Positions 39,250-55,611 of a stretch of DNA of 64,000 bases are shown here, in pieces (within the stretch, counting starts at the first letter, position 1; each line of letters begins with the position of its first letter). The notes beneath the pieces were generated by a model. The model was given only the letters and a program-made list of their open reading frames with translations, made no database searches and had not been told where the DNA came from. Both the position numbers and the translations under genes were made by a program. Location of the stretch: NCBI RefSeq assembly GCF_009914755.1, contig NC_060931.1; one strand, 5' to 3'. The DNA comes from the human T2T-CHM13v2.0 reference genome, Homo sapiens.

Positions 39250-39550
39250 TCAATGTCATAACATTCACAATACAAAAGTGTACAGATCTTATGCCTACAG
39301 CTGGATGAAGTTTTGCTTCTATACACACCCACCACAACATCCACTTCCCATAAGGCTGCCTTGTAATCCTCCCACTCAATACAATTCCTCCCAACATATA
39401 TAACCACTAGTCTGACTTCAGTATTTGTGACTTGTTCTTGACTTCAGATAGATGACATTATATAGTATATATTATTTTTTGTTTGGCTTATTTTACTCAG
39501 TATGATGTTCGTGAGATGAGGCTATGTTCTTATAAACAATAATAACTAAT
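39250..39550 (-). mobile_element. L1ME-like 3' fragment
   Basis: aaagtgtacag...taaccact...tttggcttattttactcagtatgatgtt. Confidence 0.55.
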
Positions 39551-40139
39551 TATTTTCCGAAAGTGAGACAGATTTTGATACTAAGCTCTCCTGTTAGGTG
39601 GAAGTAAGGTCCTCACCCAGAGAAGAAAGTATAGTTGCCTAACTGATTTTGATGCTTAGAAAAAAACAGTTGATACACACAGTTGTAATGTGTATTGGCT
39701 GTACATATGGTTAAAAACTTGCTTGAGGAAATAGATTTATTTTTCTGCTGTTTGTGTCCCCCTTAAAGTGCAGAAGTTTCCCAAACATCATTGTTCTTAG
39801 CCTTAAAAACTGCACTGAAAGCTTATTCTTCAAGGAGGCCATCATCTTTTTAGAATGATGATGATTACCTGCAACTTCAAGCCGTCTATGGATTTCTAGC
39901 TCCCCAAAACTGAGGATTTTTCTCTATAGAAATAGCACTTGAAGGCAGTGAACATGAAAGGTCTTCAGCAAACCTAGGGTTTTCAGATCTTCTTGTCGTT
40001 TGTATAAAAGCAGTTATATTTTTTTAAATTCCCTTAAAGACTACATAATGATCATTTAGTTTCCTTTTGAATATAAAATTATCTAAACATTAGATAAGAA
40101 CAGGTCTGAGGTTTTATTCCAGCGTAGAACAGGGCACAC

Positions 40140-40350
40140 AAATAGTTACCATTTGTTAATATGTGCCAAGTATTCTGATACTCTACATAATCTTAAAATC
40201 CTTCCTACCCCCTCTTGCACACCAGTGAGATTTTAAGATAAGAATTAGTTTTCCATTTATAAATGGAGAAACAAAGTTCAGGGAGCTTAAGTAATCTCCC
40301 CAAATGAGGTCAACATTAGAGCCTGGCTTCCAACTCTATTTGACACAAAG
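40140..40350 (-). mobile_element. MIR SINE
   Basis: ccatttataaatggagaaacaaagttcagggagcttaagtaatctcccc is the MIR core. Confidence 0.6.
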
Positions 40351-43235
40351 CCACGATGGCAGATGTCTATTGTTCCTATGTGTTTTCCTGCAAGGGTATG
40401 GAAAGTGTATAGGTTTTAAAGAAATATTATAGATTCTGTGCACTTTAACATCTGGGTTTATATACAATGCCTATTCTTCTGATATCAGAATCAAATTTTT
40501 TAGAAAGAGAATTTATCTAATCGTAAATGCTGAAGTCTAATGCTGGCAAAATAGGAATGATTTTAAAATAGTGTTACCAAAATAGATCAAGTATAGAAAG
40601 TTGAGAATTTTGTAGATCCCAAGTAATGTTTGCACATTTTTCTAATTTGTAGACTATTTGTTTATCTTGTTGTAAAATGTGAAAAAGTATCCTTTAAAGT
40701 TATGTACCAGTGCAGAGTTTCCAAGTTTCTTTTTTATTGTGCTAGAAAAAATGTTTTCCCTTATTGTGGAACAAAGAAATAGTAAAGCCATGGAAATTAG
40801 GACTTTCATTTCATTCACTTAATTTTTTTACATATTGGATGGTAAAATTTAAGATTAACACATGTAGTTATCACCCCCTACCATAATAGTCAGACACAGC
40901 CTAATCCAAAGGTGGGAGAAGTGGGTTAAAGTAGGTCGGAAAAGTCAAGGTAATTAATGCAGAACATACAAAATCAAATGTTGCCAATAAGTTGACACAA
41001 TTCAGGCCTCTATTTCAGGAGGAAAAATTCTTTAAAAATGTTTTTAAAGATACAGGCATGAAAAAATATCTTTTGTCATGTCAGTTTCTCAGGGAGTTTA
41101 ACAGCTATTAGATACATAATGTTATGCTTAGTAACTACAAATTTATGAGTTAAAGACTAAGCTATTGTCTTAGGAATTTTAGGATTCACTTTGTAGGAAA
41201 CCTTGAGAATAAGAATATAGGAGAAATTATATTTCTTTCTTTCATATAGTATCTTTTCCTCCATTTCTAAACTTTTAATTATTGTCTGAGGTTTAGAACA
41301 GTTTTAACCTGGCTTCTTCCAGACAAATGAAGTCTCTGGAAATAACTAGGTAGAACTGTTTTATAAATGTGCTGTTGGATATGGGCAGTGAAGTAAGTAA
41401 AAAAAATGTGCTGTTGGATGTGGGTAGGGAAGTAAGTGACCAGGGACTTGTTAACCAAGCCTATCTTCCCTGAAAAATACCCTTCATTAATCTCAGAGAA
41501 TACTAAATCAGTGAATCTGATATGGAAATATGTTTTACTAATTCAAATAATTGCCATGATATTTACATAGTAACTGACTTTTTAAGAAAATTCAGCAAAT
41601 AATTAATGAAAAGGGGAGTTCTCTCTTTTAACGCTTCAAGGGGAGAAAAAAGGACATAGCAATGCAGTGAGCCAAAGAACCTTAAAAGAAATCAGCTTCA
41701 GATAAGTGCCCTGAAGAACAACTTTATTTCCATTGGAGATCTTATTGAGTTGCTTTGTTTGACTGTGGAAAAGATTTTTATTTCTGAGATTTAGGAAGGC
41801 ACATTTCCACAAAAGACAGTTCTTGTGGCTTAATTGATCTCTCAGAAGGAGTGTGTTTCAGTTTAGGAGGCCAGAGTGTATTTTCTGTTGGATCAGACTC
41901 TCAAGCAGACATTTATGGGGGAATTCTTCCATTCTACTCTCAGCTGCTAGGCCAGTTGGTTAGATTTTGCTGCCAGTGAGTCAAAGGTCATAAGTCTAAT
42001 ACTTGAACAGATCACTTTGCTTTACACAGAGAAAGCTCTGTAACAAAGACATAGATTACAGCCTTATCCCTGCCAGCGCCAGCTGGGTTTCAAGTGTGAG
42101 GCTATTCCCATAAGAGGGACTGGACTCTTCAAAGACCTGATGGGTCCCCCAACAAGCAGTGTAAATTCTTTTGCTCAAATTATTTTTTCCAAAATGTAAA
42201 GAAACCAATCACACACAAAAAATGGAATTCAATCTTTAGGGTTTTTTGAGAAAATTATTATTAATGCAAATCAACTTTAAAAAAATGACATCTAAAATTT
42301 TAACTGGAATGTATATTTTTTCAAGTTTTTTTTTAAGTGGACTAGATTTTTTGTGAGGGTATAAGTAATAGTTTTATTTTCAGTCTAAGACATTAAAGTG
42401 AAGATGTTCAACAACAACAAAAAAATCAATAGTTTTAGAAGAGTATTTTAAAATTGTATCCATATGTGGTGAATTTTAGAAATGTGTGACTTATTTATGC
42501 CATAAACTTGTAATGTATTTATCCATTACCATCTCTGAAACTATTTCACTTAATTAAATCAGTATTTTGTCAGTTCTACTTGGGGGTATTTTGTTTTTTA
42601 CCTCATTTATGTACTGTAAAATTTTAATGTATAAGAATATAAAATATAGAGAAGTGAATAGTACTTGAGATTGGTCTTGACTTAACCACACACATCTGTC
42701 ATGTAACTGGTAACTGATCATATTAATTATATCTCTCAAGCAGCTCTGGAAACTGACATTCTCATATCTAATACACTGTCCGTACTTTAGCCTCTTATAA
42801 TCCCTCACCTGAATTTCCTAATATTCTCCTGTTTATATGTTTGCCTCCAAAGTCACAATCATCTTTCCAGACACAAATTTCACTGTGTCATTTCCTAGCT
42901 CCCTGTTCTCTGTAGAGTAAGTGTGAGACTCCTCTTGACCCATGTGTCATCAAGCTCGGCTAGGTCTCTATGACCTAGTTACATTAAACTAGTTGCAGTT
43001 CCCTTAATGTGCTTGCTGGCTAATAGTTCCATTCATTTACATGCTGTTTGAAATCTGTATTTGTCTCTCCAGCAGTCATCCCCAACCCCTTCTTCTTTGC
43101 AAAACAACTGATTCTTCTGCTTCCTCGCTATAGCATTCGGGCCCCTCCACATCTCCCAGGGATGAATCTTGATTAGTCTAAGCTCATCATGATGCTTCCC
43201 TCTCCTCTCCTTGTCAGTGATTACTTCTAGTATAA

Positions 43236-43714
<479 letters not shown>

Positions 43715-43759
43715 TGAGGAAGACATCATACTCTAAATACTTTTAGAAGACCAAAGCTA

Positions 43760-43945
43760 ACTGAGAATAGCAGAGCAGAAAGAGAAAAGAAACTTGGTTC
43801 CTTGATGATGTCCTGAAACCAGTTAATTAACTCTGTACTGACTGTACTTCCACTCTTCTTATGAGAGATAAATATTTTCATTTTATTTAAGCCAATTTCA
43901 GATGGGTTTTTGTTCTGTAGAGCCAAAAGTATCCTAATTAATACA
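43760..43945 (+). mobile_element. MLT1 (J/K/L-like) LTR 3' fragment
   Basis: tttaagccaattt...gccaaaagtatcctaattaataca. Confidence 0.6.
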
Positions 43946-44419
43946 AACTCCCATAGCTCCTAAGAGAGAGTATATTTGCTGATATGTACCTCACCTTTGC
44001 TAATATTCACCTCCTATGTGAAAATGATCTTTAATTTCTACACCCTTAAAATCCACCCTCTCTTTTGTGCCATTACAGTATTACAGTTTATACATGCAGG
44101 TTTTACACATACCTACAAGATAGCATTGCAATATTTTGACAAATCCAAGGCATTTTTTTGTGTACTTGGCACATATATAGTCTTGCTACCTACATATCAA
44201 TAAAACATGAGAAAATGAATAACTTTTTCAATTAATTTCTTTAGACTTATATAGTTATAGGACTGGCTATCACATAAATAAGCAAATTATTTTGTTGATG
44301 AAGATAAATGGTAGTTCTACGTGCATAAGTTTTAAACATAGTTTTTTGTTTAGTAGTTTTAAACATGAAAAGACAAAAATCACATATTTAAACAGTTTTG
44401 ATAATGCTACATAGTTTTA

Positions 44420-44731
44420 CTTTATTTTATTTGAGATGGAGTCTCACTCTGTCAGCCAGGCTGGAGTGCAGTGGCGCGATCTTGGCTCACTGCAAGCTCT
44501 GCCTCCCAGGTTCACACCATTCTCCTGCCTCAGCCTCCTGAAAAGCTGGGACTACAGGTGCCCACCACCATGCCTGGCTAATTTTTTTTTTTTTTTTTTT
44601 TTTTGTATTTTTAGTAGAGACAGGGTTTCACCGTGCTAGCCAGGATGGTCTCGATCTCTGGACCTCGTGATCCACCTGCCTCAGCCTCCCAAAGTGCTGG
44701 GATTACAGGCGTCAGCCACCGCACCCAGCCT
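44420..44731 (-). mobile_element. AluY with expanded mid-linker
   Basis: TSD gctacatagtttta. Confidence 0.95.
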
Positions 44732-45029
44732 AAGGCTACATAGTTTTAAAATATTGTTATAACATCTTACATTGGTTAAAAAAAATAAAACCCTTTTGCC
44801 TTTTCAAAGCTCTTCCTAGACATAATTACATTTTGTTTTTCACAATGTCCTTACATGTAGGGGAGAGCAGCATGTTTATATACATTTTCCCGGTAAGATT
44901 TACTCAGTCATAGAAAGAATAAGTCACTTGCCCAAAGGATTGAATTCACATGAGCCTCCTTTTCAAAATACCAGAGACTTTTCTCAGGTCAGTTCTCTTT
45001 CTAGTTCACTGCAAATGGATGTGGCACTT

Positions 45030-45350
45030 AATGTTTGGTATATATCAGAATCACCTGAGGCGTTGTTTAGACACAGATACAGGCTCCACTCCAGCCATAG
45101 ATAATCGGGATCTCTGGTGGTCAGAGCCTTGGTACATGAATTATTGCACAGAGATCGAATGAGGTCAGTAAGGCCCACAGCTCTAATAGACACCCCTGCA
45201 TCAGAATCACGTGATATTCTTGTTAAGAATGCTGGTTCCTGCACCTAACTAAACTTTCTTAACCAGACTTACTGGGTTGATTTGGGACCAAAGAAACTGT
45301 GCTTTTGAAAGTTTATCAGGTGATGGATATACAAGTTTTAGAACCACTAT
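45030..45350. mobile_element. Two MER5A-like hAT fragments
   Basis: atcagaatcac(c/g)tga occurs twice; terminal aagttttagaaccact. Confidence 0.6.
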
Positions 45351-45788
45351 TCTATGACTTCATTTTTACACTGTTCTACTTTTTCACAGCTGCCATCGCC
45401 TACTCTGACCATGATTTATTTTCCCCAGGTCATGACCATTGTTGCAGTAAGACTGACACCTGTCATTTTTGCTGCCTGTCCATCAAGACAGGCCACTTTC
45501 AAAAACTTTTCAGGTGTTCTTTCTAGAAATAGCTAAGCAGGCAAGATAAATACAAATGTTCTAAGAGTTAACTTTACTATCTGTATTGTAGCTTGCAAGG
45601 CAAGGTTAATCTCACTGTCATGTCTGCTTTCTATTTTGATAGATGCTGTGGTGGTTTCTATATCCCCATACATGGGTGCTGCATCATGAGAATTTAGTTT
45701 ATGGAATTCGATTCTACTTGCTTGGCAAGTAGAATAAGAGAAAAAATTATTCACCATGTCGTGTTTAAATATTTTGCTTGATGCATAG

Positions 45789-46247
45789 TGTCGTATAAGA
45801 CCCCCACTAACCTCAGCAGGGATGGCACCATATTTGAGAGGCCAAAGAAGAGACTCAGAGCCAGTAAACAAGATATAGGGTTCTATTAGCGGGTAACTTA
45901 CAGGGACGGTCTAGTGACAGCAGGATGGAGAGGAGAACCGTAAATGCTTACAAAAAGCATTCAGTTTATATAGCATTTTCATTTAGCACCCTCAGCCTAA
46001 CAACTTCCACCTGGCAACCTTCATTTACCCCCCCCTCCAAAACAAAGGCCTGGATCTCCATACAGTCTGAGTTCCATAGAACAAGGAGGGGGTCCAGGTG
46101 TTCGTCATAGGTAAAAAATGGATCTTCGGGTTGGCCACTCCCAGATTCCTTAGCTCAAAACTCAGATCATACATTTAGGTGTGTCTGCCACACAGGGTCA
46201 TTCTCGGATATGCTTAAGTTATTGCTGTCAGATGCATCTGCCATACA
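45789..46247 (-). mobile_element. ERVL solo LTR (LTR47-like)
   Basis: Reverse strand starts TGTATGGCAGATGCATCTGACAGCAATAACTTAAGC; 5-bp TSD CATAG. Confidence 0.82.
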
Positions 46248-46264
46248 CATAGTAAGTAGTCAGT

Positions 46265-46795
46265 TGTATTAATTTTATATTATTGCATAAAAACTTACCA
46301 CAGGCTTAGCCCCTAAAAACTGCCCACTTCATTTTCTTCTAGTTTTCATGGGTCAAGAGTCTAGGCATAGCTTAACTGGGTCTTCTGCTCAGAGCCTCAT
46401 AAAGGTGCAGTCAAGTGTCAGCCAGGGATTGTTCTCAGCAGATAAAGGCTGCCCTCTAGTTTTGCCACACAGGCCCCCCACATAATATAGCCATCCTCAA
46501 GGCCAGCAGGAAAGATCTCTATGACCTCTAGGTCCTCTTTTAAAGGTCACATTTGATTAGGTCAGGCTCACCCAGGAAATATCGCTTTTGATTAACTTAA
46601 AATCCACTCATTAGTGGCTTGCATTACATCTGCAAAATCTTCTTACCTTTACCTTCTGATGTAACCTAATCGTGGAAGTTAAATCCATCAAATTGACAAG
46701 CTTCACCTGTACTTAAGGCCTATAACTAGCCTCAGGACATGTACACCAGGGGACAGGAAGCTTGGAGACCATCTTAAAATTCTGCCTACTGCCTC
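46265..46795 (-). mobile_element. MLT1 (E/F-like) MaLR LTR
   Basis: tgattaggtcaggctcacccag and ccatcttaaaattctgcctac. Confidence 0.7.
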
Positions 46796-46839
46796 AATAA
46801 ATGTTTGTTAATTGTGGAATCTTGTTTTGCATTGTTTAT

Positions 46840-47560
46840 TTTTAAATTAAATACATGTAAATGTAAAAATAAAAAAATCCAAGAAGACAAAAATGTATAT
46901 AATGGAAATGTGTCTATCTCTAACCACTAAATTTTAGTCCCCTTCCATGCTTGCTGGCAATAATATTTTAAAAAATTCTTACATAGGCTTCCAGATTATT
47001 CTATGTATCTGTGTGCTATAACTGATTTGCATACTATTTGTTTTTCCATTTAATCTTTAAGATATATCATTAGCAGCACATACAAGTCTACCACATAAAT
47101 GCATCTATGTGTTTGCACTGAATATTATTCATTTGCACACATGGATTTTAAAATATGTGACTAGTCCTGTATTGACAAAATACAAGTATCTACTCTTTTA
47201 TTATTGCAAATATTTTCACTATTTGTGTGCCTTTGTGCATACGTGTTCATATATCATGGGAGAAATTCCCAGAAGAATTGCTGCTTTAAATAGTAAGTGC
47301 TCTTAGTAGTCTGATAAATATTGACTTTTTTTCAAAGATATATATCAAGTTACAGTTCCAGTTTCCTTACATTCTTAATGATACTGCATTAGAAAATGTT
47401 TAGCTTTACCAATCTGACGGTTGAGGAAACATATTACATTATTGCCATAACTTGTGTTTCCTTAAGAGCATGGTTGAGTACCGTTTGATATGTTTCAAAG
47501 GCATTCTATTTCTTTTTTTCATAAGTTGCCTCTTTATATTCTTTACTAACTTTTATTCAA
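46840..47560 (-). mobile_element. Old L1ME fragment
   Basis: aaattcccagaagaattgctg and ggttgagtaccgtttgatatgttt. Confidence 0.5.
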
Positions 47561-47843
47561 TGGCATTTCTTTTCCCTGGCACATAGCAGAATACTCAAGG
47601 ATTATGTATCCCAGTGTGGGAAGCAGGAAGTATACTATTCTAATAACTTCAAAGCATAATGAGTCATGTGAGTATTTAAGATGTAAGGAAAATTCATGAT
47701 TGGAGTTTCCATCCAATTGGATATGGGTTCTTCACTTCCAACTCTTTCCTCACTCCCTTCTGCTTTACCCAAGTAGATTCCCAGTTCCTGTAGGTAGGTA
47801 GCTATACATATATACGTATGATTTGCACTTCCTATATATATAG

Positions 47844-48164
<321 letters not shown>

Positions 48165-48192
48165 AGTAGATAGCTTTAAAAAAGATTATGCT

Positions 48193-48537
<345 letters not shown>

Positions 48538-48777
48538 TTAAATTTCAGTTGTGATGTTTGCTAGCTTACATGATGTAAAATAGGTGTGCACGAAATAAGT
48601 AAATTAAGTATTTAAAGAAAATAAGTCTTTTCACTTTTTACTACTGGTTTAGTTTCTGATGCAAGAATATTTCAAAAATTCTGATAAATTTTAATCTACA
48701 AATGTAGCAAATGAGGTAGCATACATAACCATATATAAAAATTTAATCTATAAGTGCAACAAATGAGGAAGTGCAAG

Positions 48778-48991
48778 TGATATGTGTCCCCACCCAAATC
48801 TCATGTCAAACTGTAATCCCCAGTGTTGGAGGAGGGACCTGGTGCAAGGTGACTGGATCATGGGAGCAGATCTTCCCCTTGCTGTTCTCATGATAATGAG
48901 TTCTCACAAGATCTGGTTGTTTAAAAGTGTGTATCATTTCTCCCTTCACTTTATTCCTCCTGCGCCAGTCACATAAGACATGCCTGCTTCC
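48778..48991 (+). mobile_element. MSTA-type LTR, 5' half
   Basis: tgtgtccccacccaaatctcatg...ttgtttaaaagtgtg. Confidence 0.8.
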
Positions 48992-49382
48992 TCAGTCATT
49001 ATTACTTGTCTGGAAGCAAAACATAAACAATACCATAAAATATGTTTAAAAATTTGACATTCTCAATGATATTAATATGCAAGATCTTCAATAATTTATT
49101 TTCTTAATCTACTCATAACATTCAATGTCTCACCAATGTGAGCTTAAAATTGCTTATTCTGAAAGTTTTATAAATAAGTAAATACAATGAAAAATAAGCT
49201 TCTTGTCTATGACGACACGATAAATAAAAGCAGATGTTCAAATGGGAGACACCTGAAGAGACAAGTTAGTCCAATGGATAGGAGCGAAGGAAACTGCCCC
49301 TTTGTAAAGATTGAGGAAAAGAGTGTAAAATTATGCTCTCATTACACTCATGCTGTTACTAAGGCCTACAGAGAGAAGGTAT

Positions 49383-50921
49383 TGAGAGGTGACAACATGC
49401 TGGCAGCCCTCGCTTGCTCTTGGCACCTCCTCAGCCTCGGTGCCCACTCTGGCCGTGCTTGAGGAGCCCTTCAGCCCGCCGCTTGCACTGTGGGAGTCCC
49501 TCTCTGGGCTGGCCGAGGTCAAAGCCAGCTCCCTCTGCTTGCAGGGAGGTGTGGAGGGAGAGGTGCGGGCAGGAACTGGGGCTGCGCGCGGCACTTGTGG
49601 GCCAGCTCGAGTTCCAGGTGGGCATGGGCTCGGCGGGTCCCTGCACTCGGAGCGGCCAGCTGGCACCACTGGCCCCAGGCAGTGAGGGGCTTAGCATCCG
49701 GGCCAGCAGCTGCGGAGGGTGCCCCGGTTCCCCAGCAGTGCTGGCCCACTGGCGCTGTGCTCGAATTCTCGCGGGCCTCAGCTGCCTCCCCACAGGGCAG
49801 GGCTCAGGACCTGCAGCCCACCATGCCTGATCCTCCCCACCACCGTGGGCTCCTGTGCAGCCCGAGCCTCCCCCATGAGCGCTGTTCCCTGCTCCACGGG
49901 GCCGGGTCCCATCAACCACCCAAGGACTGAGGAGTGCAGGAACGCAGTGCGGGACTGGCGGGCAGCTCCGCCCATGGACCTGGTGTGGTATCCACTATGC
50001 GAAGCAAGCTGGGCTTCTGAGTCAAGTGGGGACTTGGAGAACTTTTATGTCTAGCTGGAGGATTGTATATGCACCCATCAGAACCCTGTGTCTAGCTCAA
50101 GGTTTGTAAATGCACCAATCAGCACTCTGTATCTAGCTAATCTTGTGGGGACTTGGAGAACTTTTATGTCTAGCTAGAGGATTATAAATGCACCAATCAG
50201 CACTCTGTGTCTAGCTAAACGTTTGTAAATGCACCAATCAGTGCTCTGTGTCTAGCTAATCTAGTGGGGACTCAGAGAACCTTTATGTCTAGCTAAAGGA
50301 TTGTAAATACACCAATCAGCACTCTGTATCTAGCTCAAGGTTTGTAAACACACCAATCAACACCCTGTGTCTAGCTCAAGGTTTGTAAATGCACCAATCA
50401 GTGCTCTGTGTCTAGCTAATCTAGTGGGGACTTGGAGAACTTTTGTGTCTAGCTCAGATTGTAAATGCACCAGTCAGCACCCATCAAAACAGACCAATCA
50501 GCTCTCTGTAAAACAGACCAATCAGCTCTCTGTAAAATGCACCAATCAGCAGGATGTGGGTGGAGCCAGATAAAGGAATAAAAGCAGGCTGCCCAAGCCA
50601 GCAGTGGCAACCCACTTGGATCCCTTTTCCTACTGTGGAAGCTTTGTTCTTTCACTTCTTGCAATAAATCTTGCTGCTGCTCACTCATTGGGGCCGCACT
50701 GCGTTTATGAACTGTAACACTCACCAGGAAGGTCTGCAGCTTCACTCCTGAAGCCAGGGAGACCACGTGCCCACCAGAAGGAAGAAACTTAGAACATTTC
50801 TGGACATCAGAAGAAACAAACTCCAGACACACCACCTTTAAGAACTGTAACACTCACCGCAAGGGTCCATGGCTTCATTCTTGAAGTCAGTGAGACCAAG
50901 AACCCACAAATTCCGGACACA
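49383..50921 (+). mobile_element. ERV9 solo LTR (LTR12D-like)
   Basis: TGAGAGGTGACAAC...CCGGACACA ends; about 9 CCAAT boxes; TSD GTAT at 49379-49382 and 50922-50925. Confidence 0.95.
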
Positions 50922-51021
50922 GTATCACCTTAAAAGCATGCATTGAATCAATCTTATTTATATTTTTATCTTAATGAAGGCATGAATGATGGAAGATATC
51001 AACTTTATATAAAAGAGCTTC

Positions 51022-51318
<297 letters not shown>

Positions 51319-51563
51319 AAGAGCTTCTACTGCCAGGGAGAGAAGAACCCATGATCTTCTTGGGCTGGAAAATTAACCTTGAGATGCTTAGTAGAAAGGC
51401 GCTTGGAATTTACAACATTCTTCCCCTCCACTTTGTAGCTCATATGTAGTAACCACATCCCTATTTTACACCTTTAAATGTGACCCCTCAGTTGATTACA
51501 TGTCTCCTGTCCTAGCCCCTTTGACACTAGTCTTCAAAAGATCAGATTAAATTAGAAGCATAT

Positions 51564-51874
<311 letters not shown>

Positions 51875-54800
51875 CTACTCTATATTAAGCAAGTTGCTGT
51901 ACCTGTCTGAGTCTCAATTTCCTTATTTATAAATGGCAATAATTATACCAACTTGATTGTTTTTTAACAATACCAGAATGCCTTGCACTTAGTAAGTGAT
52001 CAATAAGAAGAAATTATTACTGGTGTTATTTGCTTTCCATCATGAGAGAATTTTGTCTGGGCTTTAAAACCAGTTGACAAAACCTCCACCTATCTGAGAT
52101 TTCTCTGTTACTCTTGGCCTATTCCCAGAACCTTGCCTGCCACAGAGAGGTGGGTCTCCCTGCCAAAACATGTTTTTCTTGTTGATGACGTTGTACTCGC
52201 TGCTGTTGAAACCTGTCCTGGCCACCTGTTTCCATCCTCAGCTCCCAGGGGATCTATTAATAGCTAGCACCTGGCCCCTCCCAGTCTGACAACCCCACTG
52301 ACTCAAGGTTCCGTCACTGGTTTTACTCAGCGAACACGTTGTTGCATTTAGCAAAAACCAGTGAAAAATCCAACACATATCCTAGTGAAATTCAACACAC
52401 GTTCTCTATGTGAAATATTTCTCCCTCCAGTCCCTCTGTCATTACTAGGTAACTTATGAACACACTTTATGCTTTCACATCACAAACTTGGAAATTGTTT
52501 TTAAAAATTCCATGGCTTAGCATTGCAAAAGAATGCAAAAGAAACTAACCATTTTTATTAACATGCCTACTGTATTCATGTATTCTTAGTTTTTGTTCAA
52601 TTTGGAGCTCATGCTGAGTTCATAGAACTTGACTTATTTATTTGGCAGACTGTCAAAAAATTCAAAATTCCAATTCAAAATGCAATATTATATTTTCCAA
52701 ACCTAAATGTACACATGCACATATCACTCATAAAGCCCATTTCAAATGCTATTTTCACTGCACTGTTTTTTTTAGCAGTTTTGTTACTTAGTGGAGCAGA
52801 ATGCTGTTATAATTATGATTATTATTATGGTTGATGTAGGATATATAATTGACTTTTTTCTCATCAGCAAAAAAGATTTAAATGTGATTGTTACTCCCAC
52901 CTACATGTACCTGAGTTCTGGGCTTTCCTGTCTTAGGTGCGATGAATTGCTTGTGTTTATGGCTAAACGGTGGAGTAGCTCCCTGAAGGCATCTTTCCCA
53001 GGCATCTAATTTGAAAAGCCTAAATTTTTGAGGCTGCATGGGTGGATGATCCTTGCAGAAGTCGGAGGCCCTTTGACTCAGGAAGAGAAGAGATTAACTT
53101 GACTCCTGGTGATTATTGAGATGGTTGTGCATTAACTCAGCCACCCTGAAGCAAAGAATGTGTGCACCTGAGGGTCCTTGGGAAGGATCTGAGCAGGGTA
53201 GACCCAGAAGGCTCTGACCTTGGGAATTTTAGCAATGATCCTTGAGGTCAACCTTGTGGCCAGTGAAGAGGGACACTATGAGGGACTTTCTGAGCGGAAC
53301 AATATTTGATTCTCATGCTTTTCAGACCATGAAGATCAATGTTGGAATGGTGTGCAGCAGGGACTAAAACCCAGACCTTGTCTTTATTGTTTTGCCTGAA
53401 TAAAATGAGAAGTTCCTTATATACTACAAGGGAGGAATAAGAAAGCCATTAACCTGACATTGACCTTAAAAGGTAAAGTCACAAGTTTTCCTCACCCATA
53501 AGAAAATATTCACTGGCGTGACCTGACATATAATCTCATGGGTTTCATGGATCTGTATCCCTGGGCATTTATGCCCTCACTCTCCTGTACATCTAGGAGA
53601 CTAAGAGATTACCACAGAATGACTATTTCTGCCTCAGTCTGGAGCAAGATTGAACAATGGTCGTCTGACTGAAGTCACTCCATAAGGAGTACCTGTGACT
53701 GTGGAACATCTGCATCTGGAAGGAAATGTAAAGAATAAGTCAGATAGCAGCTATTCTGAATCAACCACCTACTCAATAGTGCTGGTTTTGTACATTCCAA
53801 ATTCTGGAGTCAGAGTCTTTCTGATCTACCGTGACTTGCTTAATTGCTCTCTGGCTCCTCTTCCAGGTGGATGCAGTCCACAGTGGAACATCTTGATGAC
53901 TGCCTGGAATCTTTGTGTAAAATAGAAAATGATACTAATTTTCCCTCCATGTGGGTACAACTCCATGGTAAAGTTGGTGAGTGGCAAAGCAGGCTTACCT
54001 CCCACCTTTCCTTCTTGGCTGGATATTCTTATATAGATTAACTATACTACCCTGCGCAACAACACTGATTCTTTGTCCAGCTTTCTGAAATTAGTCTTTC
54101 CTGGATGGTTCTCTACAAGCAGTCAATAAACTTTTGTGATCACTTAAAAATAATTGTCATTACTTACCCATGATTTCTCTGTTAAAGATGCCCAAATCCA
54201 TGTATCAGCAGTGAAAAATGTCTAATAAAAGTAAAATTCACTCACATGTATTTCACAAGGCATATTTAACAACAAAAGATTAATGCATTTTTATTGTAAA
54301 AATTTAAGAATTAAAGTAGAACTATGTACTTGGAATCAACCTCAGAAATTGAAAAATAAATTTTGAAGGAAAAGAAAATAGATTTTAGGAAGAATCAGAA
54401 TTGTTGAATGTGGAGATCTGAAAAAGAAAAATGAAAGTTGGAACAAAAAAAATGAAGAAAGAAAAGTATATGCTATAAGTGAAGAAATGCTTCATCTGTT
54501 GTCTTTTAGATATCTTTGAATATAAACTAAGCTGTCTAGTTATGGTCACAAATGTAAATAAAGAGTAGAGTTTCCACATCTCCAGAGAGATATTACCATC
54601 CCAGACTATCAGAATAATAAAACATTGTTAAAATTGGGGAATATTTTTAAAGTTGGGGTCAATTATGATAAAGAAGGGAAGACTAGGAAATGATTATTAC
54701 TCTCCTTCAAGCACTTCAGGGCCTATTATCTTGAGAATGCTGAATATTCATTACACTAGAGAATGGCAGCAGAAAGACAACATTTAATTAGAAAAAACAT

Positions 54801-54992
54801 CTCTGTACTTAAAGGATAATTTTAAAAAATAATAATAATAAATTAAAACAAAAAGAGGGAGTACAATATTCATCAACGGTTGATGATATGTACTATTATT
54901 CACCTTTGGCTGGAGCAATAGGTAACACCAAAATCTTTATATTTTATGACAATATTTATTTCTTGTTCACATTACATGAGGACCACAGATAG

Positions 54993-55302
<310 letters not shown>

Positions 55303-55611
55303 CAGATATGCTGTAGTTCTGCTAGGTTCATCTAATCTTGGCTTAACTTGTTGGCTTGGTTGTGCTTGATTGCACTTGGCTGGGCCTCAATCCATGTGTT
55401 TCTTTTTCTGAAACTCAGACTGAAGTTTCCAGATATCCCTCTACCTGGGATATGTTCTAATGAAGGAGGACAGGAATAAGACAGGCAGCTAAAAAAAGCA
55501 TTTAAAGTTTCTGCTGGGACATGACATCTATAAACATCTGCTCATACTCCATTAGCCAAAGCAAGTCACAGGGCCAAGTACAAAATCAATGAAGCAGGAA
55601 AGTGTAGTTTC

